Assembly: GCA_018062765.1 (NCBI GenBank)
Contig: JAGORR010000001.1
Span: forward strand, 78,638-142,637
Source: Minisyncoccota bacterium
Lineage (GTDB): Bacteria; Patescibacteriota; Minisyncoccia; Phycocordibacterales; Phycocordibacteraceae
Reading direction: 5' to 3'
Length of the DNA: 64,000 bases
Made by a program: the position numbers and the translations under genes. The notes beneath the pieces were generated by a model, which worked only from the letters and a program-made list of their open reading frames with translations, had not been told where the DNA came from and ran no database searches. Positions 61,506 through 64,000 of the stretch are shown here, piece by piece; positions within the stretch are counted from its first letter, which is position 1; every line of letters starts with the position of its first letter.

Positions 61506-61895
61506 ATGGAAGGAATGCCAAAATCGCTAAAGCGGCTTGATGTAGAAACACTACTGCCGCGAGCTGAGGGGGAGCCAATTGCACACGGAGAGAATCTCGA
61601 AAGACTTCGCTACACCGAAGAGGATCTCCAGGTGATTGACGCAATTCTTAACGCTGCGGGTATACCACCGCTACTTATTGGAGACGGAACCGTGGTGGAT
61701 CAAGAAATGGTGAAATTTCTCAATACGGTCTCCGGGAGCGACTTGCTCGAGCTAGACAGATATCTCCATGAGATGGATGGGAATGCGATGAATACCCCAG
61801 AAGGTCGAGAGCTGAAGAAATACCTCAGAGACACCATTTTCACTCTTTGGAAGAATTACGAGCCGGTTGGAGAGGGGTTTCGCAAGGCTGCCTAG
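61506..61895 (+). CDS. hypothetical protein inserted between rpsG and fusA
   Basis: 129-aa ORF. No family recognised. Confidence 0.5.
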   Translation: MEGMPKSLKRLDVETLLPRAEGEPIAHGENLERLRYTEEDLQVIDAILNAAGIPPLLIGDGTVVDQEMVKFLNTVSGSDLLELDRYLHEMDGNAMNTPEGRELKKYLRDTIFTLWKNYEPVGEGFRKAA

Positions 61896-62034
61896 AAAAG
61901 ACCCAAGAGTTTTCTTTACGAGAACCGCCTCTTTTGCTTTATAGCCGTGTTTTCGCTACTATCAGGGGTAACGCGCAGGCGGTTTTTCTTTATTATCAGG
62001 CCGCCTACTGCTAACTGCATTCCGCTCACCATTC

Positions 62035-64000
62035 TATGAACCGTGATTACCCGCTTGAGAGAGTGCGCAACTTCGGCATCATCGCCCACATCGACGCGGG
62101 CAAGACCACCACGTCCGAGCGCGTGCTCTTCTACACGGGCTCCCAGCACAAGATCGGCGAGGTCCATGAGGGCGAGACTACGACCGACTGGATGGAACAG
62201 GAGCGCGAGCGCGGCATCACCATCACCGCAGCCGCCATCACCTGCTTCTGGAACAAGACGGATGCTACGTCGGAGGATACCAAGGTTCGCTTCAACGTCA
62301 TCGACACCCCAGGACACATCGACTTCACCGTGGAGGTGAAGCGCTCTATGCGCGTGCTGGACGGCGCGGTCGTCGTGTTCGACGGCGTTGCGGGCGTCGA
62401 GCCACAGTCTGAAACGAACTGGCGTTACGCGGACGAGGCGAATGTGCCGCGTCTCTGCTTCATCAACAAGCTCGATCGTACGGGTGCGTCATTCGAGCGC
62501 TCCTACGCATCTATCCTCGACAGACTTTCTAAGAAAGCCGTGCGCGTGCAGATACCTATCGGCGAGGAAGGGGAGCATGAGGGTGTCGTCGACCTCCTCA
62601 AGATGAAGGCGTTCCGTTTCGAGGGCGAGATGGGCTCGAAAGTCATCGAGGGAGAGATTCCCGAGAATCTGCTTGCGGACGCGAAGAAGTACCGTGCAGA
62701 GCTCATCGAGCGCATCGTCGAGCACGATGATGCGGCTATGAGCGCGTATCTAGAAGGCACCGAGCCGTCGTTTGAGGACCTGAAGAAGATTCTCCGTAAG
62801 GCGGTTATCGCAAACGCGATATTCCCGGTCTACACTGGTTCTGCCCTCAAGAACAAAGGTGTGCAGCTTGTTCTCGACGGCGTCGTCGACTACCTGCCTT
62901 CTCCTCTCGATATGCCGGAGATTAAGGGCATCAATCCAAAGACGGGTGAGGAGATTACCCGCAAGGCCTCAGACGAGGAGCCGTTTACCGCGCTCGCTTT
63001 CAAGCTCCAGGCCGACCCATTCGTGGGAGCGCTTACGTTCTTCCGCGTGTACGCAGGCTCTCTGGAGTCCGGTTCGTACGTCTACAACTCTTCTACGGGT
63101 ACGAAGGAGCGCGTCGGCCGTATCGTGCGCCTCCAGGCTGACAAGCGCGAGGAAGTGAAGAAGGTGTTCGCAGGAGAGATTGCTGCAGCCGTCGGGCTTA
63201 AGGACACCAAGACGTCGCACACCCTGTGCGACGAGGCAAATCCGATAATCCTCGAGACCATCAAGTTCCCAGAGCCAGTGGTGTCGCTTCGCATTGAGCC
63301 TGCGACGAAGGTTGACCAGGAGAAGATGGGTATGGCGCTCAAGAAGCTCGCGGACGAGGACCCTACCTTCCGCATCACCTCGGACGATGAGACGGGAGAG
63401 ACGATTATCGCCGGCATGGGTGAGCTCCACCTTGAGATTCTCGTCGACCGTATGAAGCGCGAATTCAACGTGAGCGCGAACGTCGGCAAGCCACAGGTCG
63501 CCTACCGCGAGACCATACAGGCGGCTGCGGACGCAGATCACAAGTACATCAAGCAGACCGGCGGTAAGGGTCAGTACGGTCACGTGAAGATCAAGATGAA
63601 GCACCTCGAGCCGCTTGAGGAGGGCGCGAAGATTGCGAAGAACGTCACCCGCGAGGACCACTTCGAGTTCATTAACTCGATCAAGGGAGGTGTCATCCCC
63701 CAGGAATACATTCCAGCGGTGGAAAAGGGTATTCGCGAAGCAATGGACCGAGGTATTCTCGCCGGCTTCCCGGTCGTAGATATCTCAATAGACCTCTACG
63801 ACGGCTCCTTCCACGAGGTGGACTCCTCGGAAATCGCCTTCAAGATTGCTGCATCTATGGCCTTCAAGGAGGCGGCGCAGAAAGCTCGCCCCGTTATCCT
63901 CGAGCCAATCATGAAGGTCGAGGTCGTCGTCCCAGAGCAGTTCATGGGCGATATCACAGGCTCTCTTTCAGGGAAGCGTGGCGCTATCGAAGGTATGGAG
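62035..64000 (+). CDS. fusA: elongation factor G, 3'-truncated by window end
   Basis: Manual translation [35 protein letters not shown]... is open to the window end. Absent from the track because there is no stop. Confidence 0.95.

Noticed and set aside
1-64000. CRISPR arrays, rRNA genes, prophage structural genes and known defence systems.
   Set aside because: I saw no regularly spaced 25-40-nt direct repeats with unique spacers, no rRNA-like sequence, and no capsid, terminase or cas-like products in any tracked ORF.

Overview
This is a densely coding 64-kb bacterial window, roughly mid-50s % GC by eye, with standard stop usage including TGA. Contents: (i) 1-11364 is an 11-gene single-strand operon. 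It is built around a VirB4-type ATPase, a PrgI/VirB3-like protein and a VirB6-like polytopic protein; the rest are secreted or membrane proteins I cannot assign. (ii) Housekeeping genes are rsmA, pcrA, comM, rpsO, a XerC/D-type recombinase, xth, cca, hup, rny, clpP, ppa, nusA, tpiA, pgk, recJ, rnhA, sod, rpmB, rpsL-rpsG and partial fusA. (iii) A tRNA/accessory patch at 22.8-29.4 kb holds tRNA-Arg, tRNA-Gly, tRNA-Pro, an IS1595-type transposase, a NYN-domain gene, YraN and an HTH/LAGLIDADG-like ORF. (iv) Two tandem, extremely acidic peptidoglycan-binding repeat proteins. (v) An RTX-repeat protein of deviant composition. (vi) A type IV pilus module (pilB, pilC, three large pilin-like/PilX-like proteins) plus a split ComEC. 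This mix suggests a small-genome Patescibacteria/CPR-like organism, which is inference only. Three sequence-level signals stand out. Each of three clustered tRNAs is followed by a 5'-truncated copy of itself whose T-loop is expanded to 74-120 nt. Tracts with 7-nt periodicity and an AGC(G/T)T core fill at least seven short intergenic spacers. A TAAAGGACA / GGGATAA motif family is concentrated between 22.8 and 28.5 kb. I saw no rRNA and no CRISPR array. All family calls come from reading motifs in the translations; no searches were run.
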